Below the pieces are notes generated by a model. The model ran no database searches and was not told where the DNA came from. It was given only the letters and a program-made list of their open reading frames with translations. From an uncultured Oscillospiraceae bacterium (GTDB lineage Bacteria; Bacillota; Clostridia; Oscillospirales; Oscillospiraceae), in NCBI GenBank assembly GCA_944386835.1, contig CALXCQ010000114.1:4184-68183 (forward strand): a stretch of DNA of 64,000 nt. The letters run 5' to 3'. Below are positions 1 through 7,945 of this stretch, one piece after another (position 1 is the first letter of the stretch; each line of letters starts with the position of its first letter). The position numbers were made by a program, and so were the translations under genes.

Positions 1-799
1 GGAACAATCCCCTCAAAAAGTGGAAATAATTTCCTATGATGGTCTGAAATTGGTAGGATATTTTTTACGTAATCCACACGCCAAAGGAACCATCCTTCTA
101 TTCCATGGATACCGGAGCAGTGGTTTTCACGACTTTGGCTGTATTTTCCAGTTTTATTATGAACTGGGCTACTCCATTTTAAGCGCCACCCAGCGTGCCC
201 ATGGGGAAAGCGAAGGAAAGTATATCTGCTTTGGAATTAAAGAACGATTTGACTGTGAAAAATGGGTGCAGTTTCTAATTACCCAAATGGGGCCAAAACA
301 CCCGATCTTTTTGAATGGCCTTTCCATGGGCTCTTCCACCGTCCTGATGGCAACCGGACTGCCACTGCCTTCTAATGTAAAAGGTGTCATTGCCGACTGT
401 GGTTTCACTTCCCCCTGGGAAGAGTTTCGCCAAGTACTCAAACTGAATTTTCACATTCCTTCCAGGCCAATTTTGGATGCAGCAAACCTGATTTCCAAGG
501 TGGTCGCCGGCTTTGGCTTTCGGGACTATTCTACTTTGGAAGCATTAAAAACCAACCGTTTGCCCATTCTCTTTGTTCACGGAGAGGCAGATACATTTGT
601 TCCTCACCGTTTTACACTACAAAACTATGAGGCCTGCCGCAGTGAAAAGTATTTGGTCTCTGTGCCTGGCGCCACCCACGGTATCAGCTACCTGGTGGAC
701 ACTCCCAAATGTCAGGCGGCCATACGGGAGTTTCTCCAGCGGTATACCGGCAAGGCCCAATCTCCACAAGCAGATTCCTCTTCTTTTCCCAGCCGATAG
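1..799 (+). CDS. alpha/beta hydrolase fold protein (5' end probably cut by window edge)
   Basis: The ORF is open to the window start. It has an HGYRSS motif after a beta strand, a nucleophile elbow GLSMGSS, and late FVHGEADTFV and ATHG motifs typical of alpha/beta hydrolases. Confidence 0.75.
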   Translation, partial: EQSPQKVEIISYDGLKLVGYFLRNPHAKGTILLFHGYRSSGFHDFGCIFQFYYELGYSILSATQRAHGESEGKYICFGIKERFDCEKWVQFLITQMGPKHPIFLNGLSMGSSTVLMATGLPLPSNVKGVIADCGFTSPWEEFRQVLKLNFHIPSRPILDAANLISKVVAGFGFRDYSTLEALKTNRLPILFVHGEADTFVPHRFTLQNYEACRSEKYLVSVPGATHGISYLVDTPKCQAAIREFLQRYTGKAQSPQADSSSFPSR

Positions 800-985
800 C
801 AGTTAGTTTCCTTCTACCGAGGCAGTTTCTGGCATGTCCAGCCTCAGGAGTCTAGAAAGCTCCACTGTGTAATCCCCTTTTCAGACTTCCCGGCAGTCTG
901 CTCCTTTTGCCCCAAACCCCTTGAAAAATCAGGGCGCAACAAAATGTGTCTTGACTTATTGGAAATCTTTCCGTTACCCTACAGG

Positions 986-1055
986 TGGAGGTGCAAAGCA
1001 TGACGATTCATCAAAACCTGTGGAGGTGTCAAGTATGACCATTTATCAAAACCTG
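986..1055 (+). repeat. 35-bp head-to-tail tandem duplication of the RBS/start-codon region of the XRE gene
   Basis: Copy A (986-1020) is tggaggtgcaaagcatgacgattcatcaaaacctg. Copy B (1021-1055) is tggaggtgtcaagtatgaccatttatcaaaacctg. They differ at 5 of 35 positions. Confidence 0.85.
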
Positions 1056-1721
1056 AGGGAACTGCGCCGTATTTCCGGCCTGACCCAAGAAGAGGTGGCA
1101 AACCGGATAGGGCTGACCCGGCAGGCCATCTCCAGCTATGAGTCCGGCCGGACACAGCCGGATCTGTCAATGCTCATCAAACTTGCAGAGATCTATCAGA
1201 CGGATATTTCCGATATTTTATATGGGAGCAATCAAACCCAGAGAAAACTTCATACTTTGAAAACTGCGGCGAAAATTTTATTTGCAGCTATTCTGTTTTT
1301 TGTATTTGCTTCCGCTGGCCTGCTACTGATAACCAATCTCTGTTTTGCTCTGCCTGACGGCCTGGAAATCACGGAAGCCACCCGGCCTCTGGTAGATTTT
1401 CGCTTTACCCTATTAAAGGTGACGTCCCTTCTCGGAGGAGTCGCACAGCTGATTGCATGGGCCGGAAGTATAATCATTGCCGTTCTTTTAACTGGCTTCA
1501 GACGGCTGCCCTCTCTTAAATATGGTCTGATCCCTGCACTGGCTCTTATGGCAGCTGCTTCCGGCCTGTCCCTTTTTCTGTCTGCTTTCGATCCCATCTA
1601 TACCCGTGCAGATTATCTGCTTAACTTGCTGAATATTTTCCCGCCGATTATTTTACTCGTAGTCTATTGGGCTGTATTAAAGGTAATCAGGACTGCAAGA
1701 GCCAAAAATCCCAGGGGCTAA
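1035..1721 (+). CDS. XRE-family helix-turn-helix transcriptional regulator with C-terminal multi-pass membrane domain
   Basis: The N-terminus LRELRRISGLTQEEVANRIGLTRQAISSYESGRTQPDLSMLIKLAEIY is a classic Cro/C1 HTH. It is followed by about four hydrophobic helices. A GGAGG RBS sits at 1022-1026 before ATG 1035. Confidence 0.8.
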   Translation: MTIYQNLRELRRISGLTQEEVANRIGLTRQAISSYESGRTQPDLSMLIKLAEIYQTDISDILYGSNQTQRKLHTLKTAAKILFAAILFFVFASAGLLLITNLCFALPDGLEITEATRPLVDFRFTLLKVTSLLGGVAQLIAWAGSIIIAVLLTGFRRLPSLKYGLIPALALMAAASGLSLFLSAFDPIYTRADYLLNLLNIFPPIILLVVYWAVLKVIRTARAKNPRG

Positions 1722-1744
1722 GCTGCCCTTTTGCCGTAAAAAAT

Positions 1745-1781
1745 GAGGCAGGACTCTGACAAATTTGTCAAAGTCCTGCCT
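1745..1781. terminator. bidirectional hairpin terminator between convergent genes
   Basis: Arms gaggcaggact and agtcctgcctc flank an inner palindrome, tgacaaatttgtca. An A-run lies upstream, giving a U-tract for the minus-strand gene. Confidence 0.6.
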
Positions 1782-1812
1782 CGTTTGCGCAAAACCGCCT
1801 GTGCGTGAAAGC

Positions 1813-3231
1813 TCAATCAATATCCTTTACAATCTCATCCGGCGCCAAATCCAGCCGTTCCGGGTGGGCCAAAATCTTCTTCAGATATTTCAGCACCGTT
1901 GCAAAATAGAATCCGTCACAAATTCGTTCATCGGTTACAAACGTATAGTCCATATACTTTTTGGAAATTACATCCCCTGTGGCCGTAATCTCGTTCTCCC
2001 TGCGTTTACAGCCAAATGCACAGAAGACAGGCAAATTCCCGAAATCATACAAATGGTGGAATACAGGGGGAATCCCCAAAGAGCCCATAGAGGTAAAGAA
2101 AATGGATCCATGGAAAGGGCTCACTTCCAACAAGAATTTGGGAATCAGTCCAAAATAATCCATCACCTTTAATACCCAGACTGAAAATTTCAGCATTACG
2201 CCGGGAAGATAGGTAAAAATCTTCGCCGTGTTGTCAAAATCACTGTCCAGTTCGCCTCTTTTGACCTCTTCCACTGCTGAATTAAATTTTTCATACACCT
2301 CATAGACCGTATCACTGGGCTTCAAATGTAATTTTATGGCGGTATCCGGGGCGTCCACCGTCATTTCCGTTTTGACAATCATACAGAATTGAATGTCATC
2401 ATCCCGGGAATACACTTTTTGTCCTGAGAGAAAGCGGTTAATCTGGGGATATTGGGCCACACAGCGCACATAAGCTGCCAGCAAAACATGAGTAAGTCCA
2501 AAATTATGTAGTCCTTCTTTACGCTTCTCCCGAACATACCGCTCCATGGCGGAAATTTCGATGCTGTCCCGCAACAGATTAGACGCACCGTTTCGGTTTG
2601 GCATGATATAGGGAGATACACTGGCCATAGCCGGAAGCGTACGGATCCGCCTTCCATCCGGCCGGTCTCCCCAGGTGGGATGATATTGCCCGTTGCGGGG
2701 ATATTCCCGCATGGCAAACACCATAAAAACGCCTCCCAATGTCAGGAGCAAATTGGGGCTTGCCTGTAACAGACGGCCCCATTCTCCACTGCGGAGATCA
2801 GCGGCGTGTTCGTAACCAAACCAGCAAAAACCAATGCCGAACAAAAGCAACAGGGTCCAGTCATTTTGTGTTCTTCCTGTAATAATCCGGTTGTATATCA
2901 CGATAACTGCCAAGTATACAAACCACTGTAAAAATACAAACCGTAGACGGAAGCCTAACACATAGGCCATCACTGCAAAACACAGGCAAAAAATTCCCAC
3001 AGGAATTGTCGTCCTGTACAGCCGCTCTTTCCCTCCCAGAAGGAGCATCAACGCAAAAATCACACTTGCCATAGTCGGCAGTAAAATTTGGAACCACATT
3101 ACCGCGCCGCGTGCTGTGCCTTCCCCACAGCCAGACACAATGCGAGCCATTGCCGAGCAAATCATGATCAGCGCCGATATCCAGGTCAGCACACTTTTAT
3201 TGCTGACATAGTATGCTTTTCTCTTTTCCAT
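1813..3231 (-). CDS. membrane-anchored 2-oxoacid dehydrogenase E2-like (CAT-fold) acyltransferase family protein, no lipoyl domain
   Basis: The N-terminal ~180 aa is hydrophobic with multiple TM helices. The C-terminal ~290 aa aligns by eye to the E2 catalytic domain, with FTSMGSLGI matching the tISNlGmfG region and VTDERICDGFYFATVLKYLKKILAHPERL matching the DHRxxDGaxaaxFl region. Confidence 0.65.
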   Translation of the reverse strand: MEKRKAYYVSNKSVLTWISALIMICSAMARIVSGCGEGTARGAVMWFQILLPTMASVIFALMLLLGGKERLYRTTIPVGIFCLCFAVMAYVLGFRLRFVFLQWFVYLAVIVIYNRIITGRTQNDWTLLLLFGIGFCWFGYEHAADLRSGEWGRLLQASPNLLLTLGGVFMVFAMREYPRNGQYHPTWGDRPDGRRIRTLPAMASVSPYIMPNRNGASNLLRDSIEISAMERYVREKRKEGLHNFGLTHVLLAAYVRCVAQYPQINRFLSGQKVYSRDDDIQFCMIVKTEMTVDAPDTAIKLHLKPSDTVYEVYEKFNSAVEEVKRGELDSDFDNTAKIFTYLPGVMLKFSVWVLKVMDYFGLIPKFLLEVSPFHGSIFFTSMGSLGIPPVFHHLYDFGNLPVFCAFGCKRRENEITATGDVISKKYMDYTFVTDERICDGFYFATVLKYLKKILAHPERLDLAPDEIVKDID

Positions 3232-3238
3232 AAGCTTT

Positions 3239-3266
3239 ATTATACCAGTTTGCCCTAAAAATTCAA
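3239..3266 (-). promoter_or_regulatory. sigma-A type promoter with extended -10, placed for a leaderless transcript of the acyltransferase gene
   Basis: On the minus strand the promoter reads TTGAAT (3266-3261), a 16-nt spacer, then TGgTATAAT (3247-3239). The ATG at 3231 begins 7 nt after the -10 element, and no Shine-Dalgarno lies between them. Confidence 0.5.
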
Positions 3267-3335
3267 ATACAGAATGTAACCTTGCCTCAGCCAGGAAATC
3301 CTGATATACTAAAATAACAGGACAGGAGGTGGCAT

Positions 3336-3581
3336 ATGACTCCAGGTGTCATTGTCATGGATTTGCACGGAGAAACAGTCTTTCAGGCGCAAACCGCCAT
3401 TCAGGCACAACTACGCCGGGTGAAAGCAGGAACTTATCGAATTCGGCTGATTCACGGCTACCACTGTGGGACTGCATTACGTGAGATGATTCAAACTGTT
3501 TATGGAAAGCATCCTCAAATAATACGCTTAGAGTCGGCTGGCCATGACGGTTATACCGATCTGGTCCTGCGTGAATTTTAG
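3336..3581 (+). CDS. Smr domain-containing protein
   Basis: MDLHGETVFQAQTAI...RIRLIHGYHCG matches the Smr LDLHG...IHGkG pattern. AGGAGG precedes the ATG. Confidence 0.6.
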   Translation: MTPGVIVMDLHGETVFQAQTAIQAQLRRVKAGTYRIRLIHGYHCGTALREMIQTVYGKHPQIIRLESAGHDGYTDLVLREF

Positions 3582-3592
3582 GAGGGATACGT

Positions 3593-3949
3593 TTGCTGTT
3601 TATTTGTTATGAAAAATGCTCGACCTGTCGAAAGGCGCAGGCTTTTTTAGACGAGCACCATATTTCGTATACCATACGTCCCATTAAAGAGGAGAATCCC
3701 ACACAGGCTGAGCTGCAAACATGGCAAAAAACAAGTGGCCTGCCTCTCAGAAAATTCTTCAATACTTCCGGACAGAAATATCGTGAATTGGGATTAAAAG
3801 ACAAACTCTCTACCATGTCGGAAGCCGAGCAGTTATCACTTCTTTCCAGCGATGGAATGCTGGTCAAGCGTCCCATTTTAATTGGAGAAAACTTCGTTTT
3901 AGTTGGATTTCAGTCGGCACAGTGGGAATCTCAGCTGCAAAAGTCATAA
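3593..3949 (+). CDS. ArsC/Spx/MgsR-family protein (arsenate reductase-like fold, YffB-like)
   Basis: The N-terminal CSTCRKAQAFL motif plus FFNTSGQKYRELGL and LVKRPIL are family hallmarks. The start is TTG, 7 nt after GGAGG. Confidence 0.8.
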   Translation: MLFICYEKCSTCRKAQAFLDEHHISYTIRPIKEENPTQAELQTWQKTSGLPLRKFFNTSGQKYRELGLKDKLSTMSEAEQLSLLSSDGMLVKRPILIGENFVLVGFQSAQWESQLQKS

Positions 3950-3983
3950 AAAATCAGGCTTGCTTAGGCAAGCCTGATTTTTT
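3950..3983. terminator. bidirectional rho-independent terminator
   Basis: The hairpin is atcaggcttgc-ttag-gcaagcctgat, flanked by an A-run and a T-run. It sits between convergent genes. Confidence 0.8.
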
Positions 3984-4842
3984 ATCCGTAAATTATCATT
4001 AAGCCTACTGCCATTCCCACCATAGTAGCAAAGGCAGGCATTTTAGACCGCCACATCAAAATGGCTTCCGGAAGCAGCTCCCCGAATACCACATATAACA
4101 TAGCTCCACTGGCAAAACTCAAGGATAGACAAAGCATCATGGGACTCATCATTCCCAAATGGTACCCCAGTAAAGCCCCAATAATTGTGGGAGCACCCGT
4201 TAACGCTGTCAGCAATACAGCCGGAAGTCGCTTCATTCCTCCGGAAATCAGCGGCACGGACACCGCCATTCCTTCTGGAATATTGTGTAAACCAATTACA
4301 ATTGCCATAACCAACCCTGCACCGGTAAAAGACGCGGCTCCATCCCCGCCAGAAGCAAAGGATGCTCCAATTACCATGCCCTCCGGCAGATTGTGGAGCG
4401 CAATCGCACAAGCCATGACCACTCCACCAATAAACAGTTCATAGGCTGAATTCCGTTTCCGGTGTTCTTCATAATGGTCTGCATGAATCAATTCCCCCAG
4501 ATCATCCGCTGTCTTGGGATGATCGGCATCAATATGTGGCACTTCGTGATTGGTAGCTTTATCAATACAGTAATTCAAAAGATAAATGATGCCATAGCCA
4601 AAGAAAGTAGCTCCCAGTACCACCGAGATGCTGATAGGATTTGCAGCATTTTCCGGCTGCATGGCATCTAAAAGCAGGTCAAAGCAAACGATACTCAGCA
4701 TAACTCCGCCTGCAAAACTCAGTAAAAGACTGACCACTTTTTGGGAATCTCGGCGCAACAAAGCACCAATCAGCCCTCCCAGTCCGGTCCCTCCGACACC
4801 GGCAATGGCAGTCATAATAACAACCCATACTATGATATTCAT
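3982..4842 (-). CDS. ZIP-family divalent metal (zinc) transporter, ZupT-like
   Basis: Duplicated HNLPEGM and HNIPEGMAV motifs, a His/Asp-rich cytoplasmic loop and about 8 TM helices. The start was chosen at the ATG preceded by AGGAAGGA; the longer ORF reaches 4872. Confidence 0.85.
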   Translation of the reverse strand: MNIIVWVVIMTAIAGVGGTGLGGLIGALLRRDSQKVVSLLLSFAGGVMLSIVCFDLLLDAMQPENAANPISISVVLGATFFGYGIIYLLNYCIDKATNHEVPHIDADHPKTADDLGELIHADHYEEHRKRNSAYELFIGGVVMACAIALHNLPEGMVIGASFASGGDGAASFTGAGLVMAIVIGLHNIPEGMAVSVPLISGGMKRLPAVLLTALTGAPTIIGALLGYHLGMMSPMMLCLSLSFASGAMLYVVFGELLPEAILMWRSKMPAFATMVGMAVGLMIIYG

Positions 4843-4959
4843 ATCGTTCCTTCCTGACGGAATGACTCCCATCTATACATGAAAATGATCGCTCCCGTCA
4901 TTATAGTCCTGCAACCATTCCCCGTCAATCTATTTTTCAAGATACAAGAGTCTGGAAAA

Positions 4960-5250
4960 TCAGGTCTCCACAAAGAAATCGACCGCTCCCCTGTCTAACC
5001 GGATAGATTTGCACAAAGAAGATACCGCTACATGCCGCGGATCTTCCTGATACTGTTTTAAATCTTCCATTGACAGGAACTCCATAATCAAAACCGCATC
5101 AAAGTTATTTCCCGGATTGTTGCTCACACCAATTTCCATCGACTGAATTTGCGGAATTTGATTCTGTAACGACCGTAAACGCTCTAGAAATGTCTTCATT
5201 TCCTCCTGCTTGTCCTCCTGAAACTTCCACATAATAACATGCTTGATCAT
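4960..5250 (-). CDS. Dabb (stress-responsive alpha/beta barrel) family protein
   Basis: MIKHVIMWKF...FDAVLIMEF.S.EDLKQYQEDPRHV matches the Dabb domain pattern. GGAAGGAG precedes ATG 5250. Confidence 0.8.
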   Translation of the reverse strand: MIKHVIMWKFQEDKQEEMKTFLERLRSLQNQIPQIQSMEIGVSNNPGNNFDAVLIMEFLSMEDLKQYQEDPRHVAVSSLCKSIRLDRGAVDFFVET

Positions 5251-5541
5251 TGCCCTTCTCCTTCCCCGTTTTTCCATTTTCCTTTAGTATAGCAAGCTCC
5301 CGCACATTTGCCAATATAGCTGAAAAATAACCTAGGTATATCTGCGAAAATCTTCGTATCTCCCAATTGGGAAAGTCTTTTCTCCTGGATTTCGCTAAGA
5401 GTTTCGCAGATAATCCTCCGTTTATTTCAAATTTTTCCTCCCACTACAATGCCTGGCTGCTTTTTGTCACTGCCTGGAACAATCAAATCAAAAGTAAACG
5501 CCAAAAGTCAGACTGCACATTCACAATATCGGCCGTATTAA

Positions 5542-5644
5542 CCCTTACCGTATCATGTGTAGGCAGGACATGTTATCGGCAACTTTTGACTCTCTTGTGC
5601 TTTGGGACCTCTTACCGTATTGTGCGCAGGCAAGACATGTTATC
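5542..5644 (+). repeat. two copies of a ~36-bp direct repeat, 67 bp apart, in a 614-bp gene-free gap
   Basis: Copy 5544-5577 is cttaccgtatcatgtgtaggcaggacatgttatc. Copy 5611-5644 is cttaccgtattgtgcgcaggcaagacatgttatc. They differ at 5 of 34 positions. Confidence 0.75.
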
Positions 5645-5864
5645 TGACGATATTGCAGAAATCGTGAGCTCGCTACCAAGTCACAAACACACACTCTAAG
5701 TCCATGAGCATAACGCACACCAAACAACGCCAACGCTCATCTTATATTCAGTACATCATCCAATTGCCAAGCTATTATCCAGTATTCTCCCCAAAAATGA
5801 GATTTACTTTTTCAGCAAATCTGCTACAATACGGGTGGATACTCATGTCTGTGAGGTAAGGCTT

Positions 5865-6614
5865 ATGGACTTTTCCAACTTTCTACAAACCAGTTCTACC
5901 ATTGAAAAAGGGCAGGGCTTTTCTCCATGGAGTCCTCTTCATCTGGCATGGCTCGTTTTTGCACTTTGTCTGTTTTATGTTGGGGGGCGTAGGTTTCGCC
6001 AGCTCTCTCAGATAAAACAGCGGCGGTATCTCAGAATTCTAGCCATGCTTTTACTATTGGATGAAGCCTTCAAACATATTTGCGCGTTGTTGGGTGGCAA
6101 CTGGGAACCCGCCTTTTTGCCGCTGCATCTTTGCAGTATCAATATTTTTTTATGCGCACTGTATGCTTGGAAACCGAACAAGTTAACCGGTGAACTGCTA
6201 TACTGTGAATGCCTGCCTGGCGCGATTGCTGCTTTGCTGTTCCCGACCTGGACTAAATTGCCCTTTCTAAACTTTATGCATTTACACAGTTTTACTGTCC
6301 ATATTCTTCTGGCTCTTTTTCCTGTCTTGTTACTCTGTGGCGGAATGCGTCCTAACTTTCGCCGCCTTCCTAAATGCGCTGGAGTACTGCTTCTTTACTG
6401 TATTCCTATTTTCTTTCTCAATAAAATTCTCCATACCAATTTTGTATTCCTAAACGGTGCAGGAAAGGGCAACCCTTTATCTCTATTGGAATCCCTGCTG
6501 GGAAATCCTGGATATCTGCTTGGTATTCCAATATTACTGGCCGTCTTATGGACATTGCTCTATATACCATGGCTGCAAAGCCGCTCCTCTGGCCATCTCA
6601 CACCCAATCTGTAA
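5865..6614 (+). CDS. TIGR02206/YwaF-like integral membrane protein
   Basis: Polytopic membrane protein with the FLPLHLCSI motif, which I recall from the YwaF family. GAGGTAAGG precedes ATG 5865. Confidence 0.55.
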   Translation: MDFSNFLQTSSTIEKGQGFSPWSPLHLAWLVFALCLFYVGGRRFRQLSQIKQRRYLRILAMLLLLDEAFKHICALLGGNWEPAFLPLHLCSINIFLCALYAWKPNKLTGELLYCECLPGAIAALLFPTWTKLPFLNFMHLHSFTVHILLALFPVLLLCGGMRPNFRRLPKCAGVLLLYCIPIFFLNKILHTNFVFLNGAGKGNPLSLLESLLGNPGYLLGIPILLAVLWTLLYIPWLQSRSSGHLTPNL

Positions 6615-6647
6615 GACGGATTGGTAAATCTGGAAGGAGAACCTAAA

Positions 6648-7187
6648 ATGGATTGCGAAAAACTAAACACCGAATTATCACAACTTCCTCTTTTACAATA
6701 TGAATTTTTCAAACCGGAAGAACTTATTTTTTCTGAGCATGTACGATACATTTGCCAGACCGAATGTCCCATGTACAATACTACCTGGGCTTGTCCCCCT
6801 GCGGTAGGCAGTGTGGAAGATTGTAAGCGAAAATGTCTGTCTTTCCCCAAAGCCCTGTTGATTACTACCATAACAGAGATAGAAGATATTGCCAATATGG
6901 AGCAGGCTCTGGCAACTCGTCCCCAACACGAGGCCATTACGCATCAGGTAGAGACCCTATTGCGCGAGCAAAACTGCGAAACTTATGTACTCTCTACCGA
7001 AGCCTGTGCCATTTGCCCTCAGTGTGCTTATCCCAATGCGCCTTGCCGTCACCCGGACCGAATGTATCCGTGTGTGGAAAGTCATGGAATTATTGTAACG
7101 GATTTAGCAGAAAAATACGGAATTGATTTTTTGGCAGGTCCCAATCTGGTAACTTGGTTTTCCATTCTTTTTTTCCGTGAAATGTAA
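6648..7187 (+). CDS. DUF2284-like predicted metal-binding protein
   Basis: Cys clusters CQTECPMYNTTWACPP and CAICPQCAYPNAPC. GGAAGGAG precedes ATG 6648. Confidence 0.6.
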   Translation: MDCEKLNTELSQLPLLQYEFFKPEELIFSEHVRYICQTECPMYNTTWACPPAVGSVEDCKRKCLSFPKALLITTITEIEDIANMEQALATRPQHEAITHQVETLLREQNCETYVLSTEACAICPQCAYPNAPCRHPDRMYPCVESHGIIVTDLAEKYGIDFLAGPNLVTWFSILFFREM

Positions 7188-7190
7188 ACT

Positions 7191-7236
7191 TGGCAGAAGG
7201 ATGCCGAGAGCAGTTGCTCTCGGCATCCTTCTGCCA
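7191..7236. terminator. 21-bp perfect-stem hairpin after the DUF2284 gene (no U-tract)
   Basis: The hairpin reads tggcagaaggatgccgagagc-agtt-gctctcggcatccttctgcca. Confidence 0.5.
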
Positions 7237-7408
7237 TAATAGCCAAAAAACAGACTGGTTCTGCCTGGATATTTTGTCTGCGGTACTGCATCCCTGCGAA
7301 AACTTATATACAGATTGTGAACTTTCCCAAATTCCTCTTGATTTTTTAGTCAGTCTGCTTATAATTATGTTGCATGCTACCTATTAGCACAAAAGGGGTG
7401 ATTTTTAC

Positions 7409-7945
7409 TTGTCTGCAACCTATCACTTTGGGCCTTTGTTTCGCATTATCACTTCCGGTTTCGACCAGTCCTTGAATAAGGCCCTGTCCGGAATGGGGCT
7501 TACAGGCGCGCAAGGTTTCTTTCTCAATCACCTTGTGCAACATAGAGATGAAATTGTCCATCCCAAGGATTTGGAACAACAATTTGATCTGTCCCACGCC
7601 ACAGTTTCTGGAATTCTTCAGCGCCTGGAAACCAAAGGTTTCATCGTCTGTCTCTCCGATCCCAGTGACCGCCGTCACAAACAAATTACAGTCACAGAAA
7701 AAGCCTTGGCCTGCACGGCCAAAACAGAGGCTGAAATTGCCGCTTTGGAAAGCCGACTTGTTACTGGAATGGCCCAGGAAGAACAGCGCCAGTTTCTCCA
7801 GCTTCTTTTCCAAGCCGCCAGTAACCTTGCAGACCCCAAATCCCGTGATCTGCTATTAAAACATCAATCTGAACTTTTCGGAACCTGTAATTCTCAGCAC
7901 ATTCATTTTGAATCCGCCCAGCAAGGAGGTCTTTCCCGTGATTAA
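7409..7945 (+). CDS. MarR-family transcriptional regulator
   Basis: A winged-HTH core, LSHATVSGILQRLETKGFIVCLSDPSDRRHKQITVTEKA. The TTG start follows AAGGGG, and the stop overlaps the GTG start of the downstream ABC gene. Confidence 0.85.
   Translation: MSATYHFGPLFRIITSGFDQSLNKALSGMGLTGAQGFFLNHLVQHRDEIVHPKDLEQQFDLSHATVSGILQRLETKGFIVCLSDPSDRRHKQITVTEKALACTAKTEAEIAALESRLVTGMAQEEQRQFLQLLFQAASNLADPKSRDLLLKHQSELFGTCNSQHIHFESAQQGGLSRD

Noticed and set aside
5367-5699. 110-aa ORF in the long gap
   Set aside because: It has no RBS, an odd composition and no recognisable domain. It spans the two direct repeats, so the repeats more likely explain the open frame.
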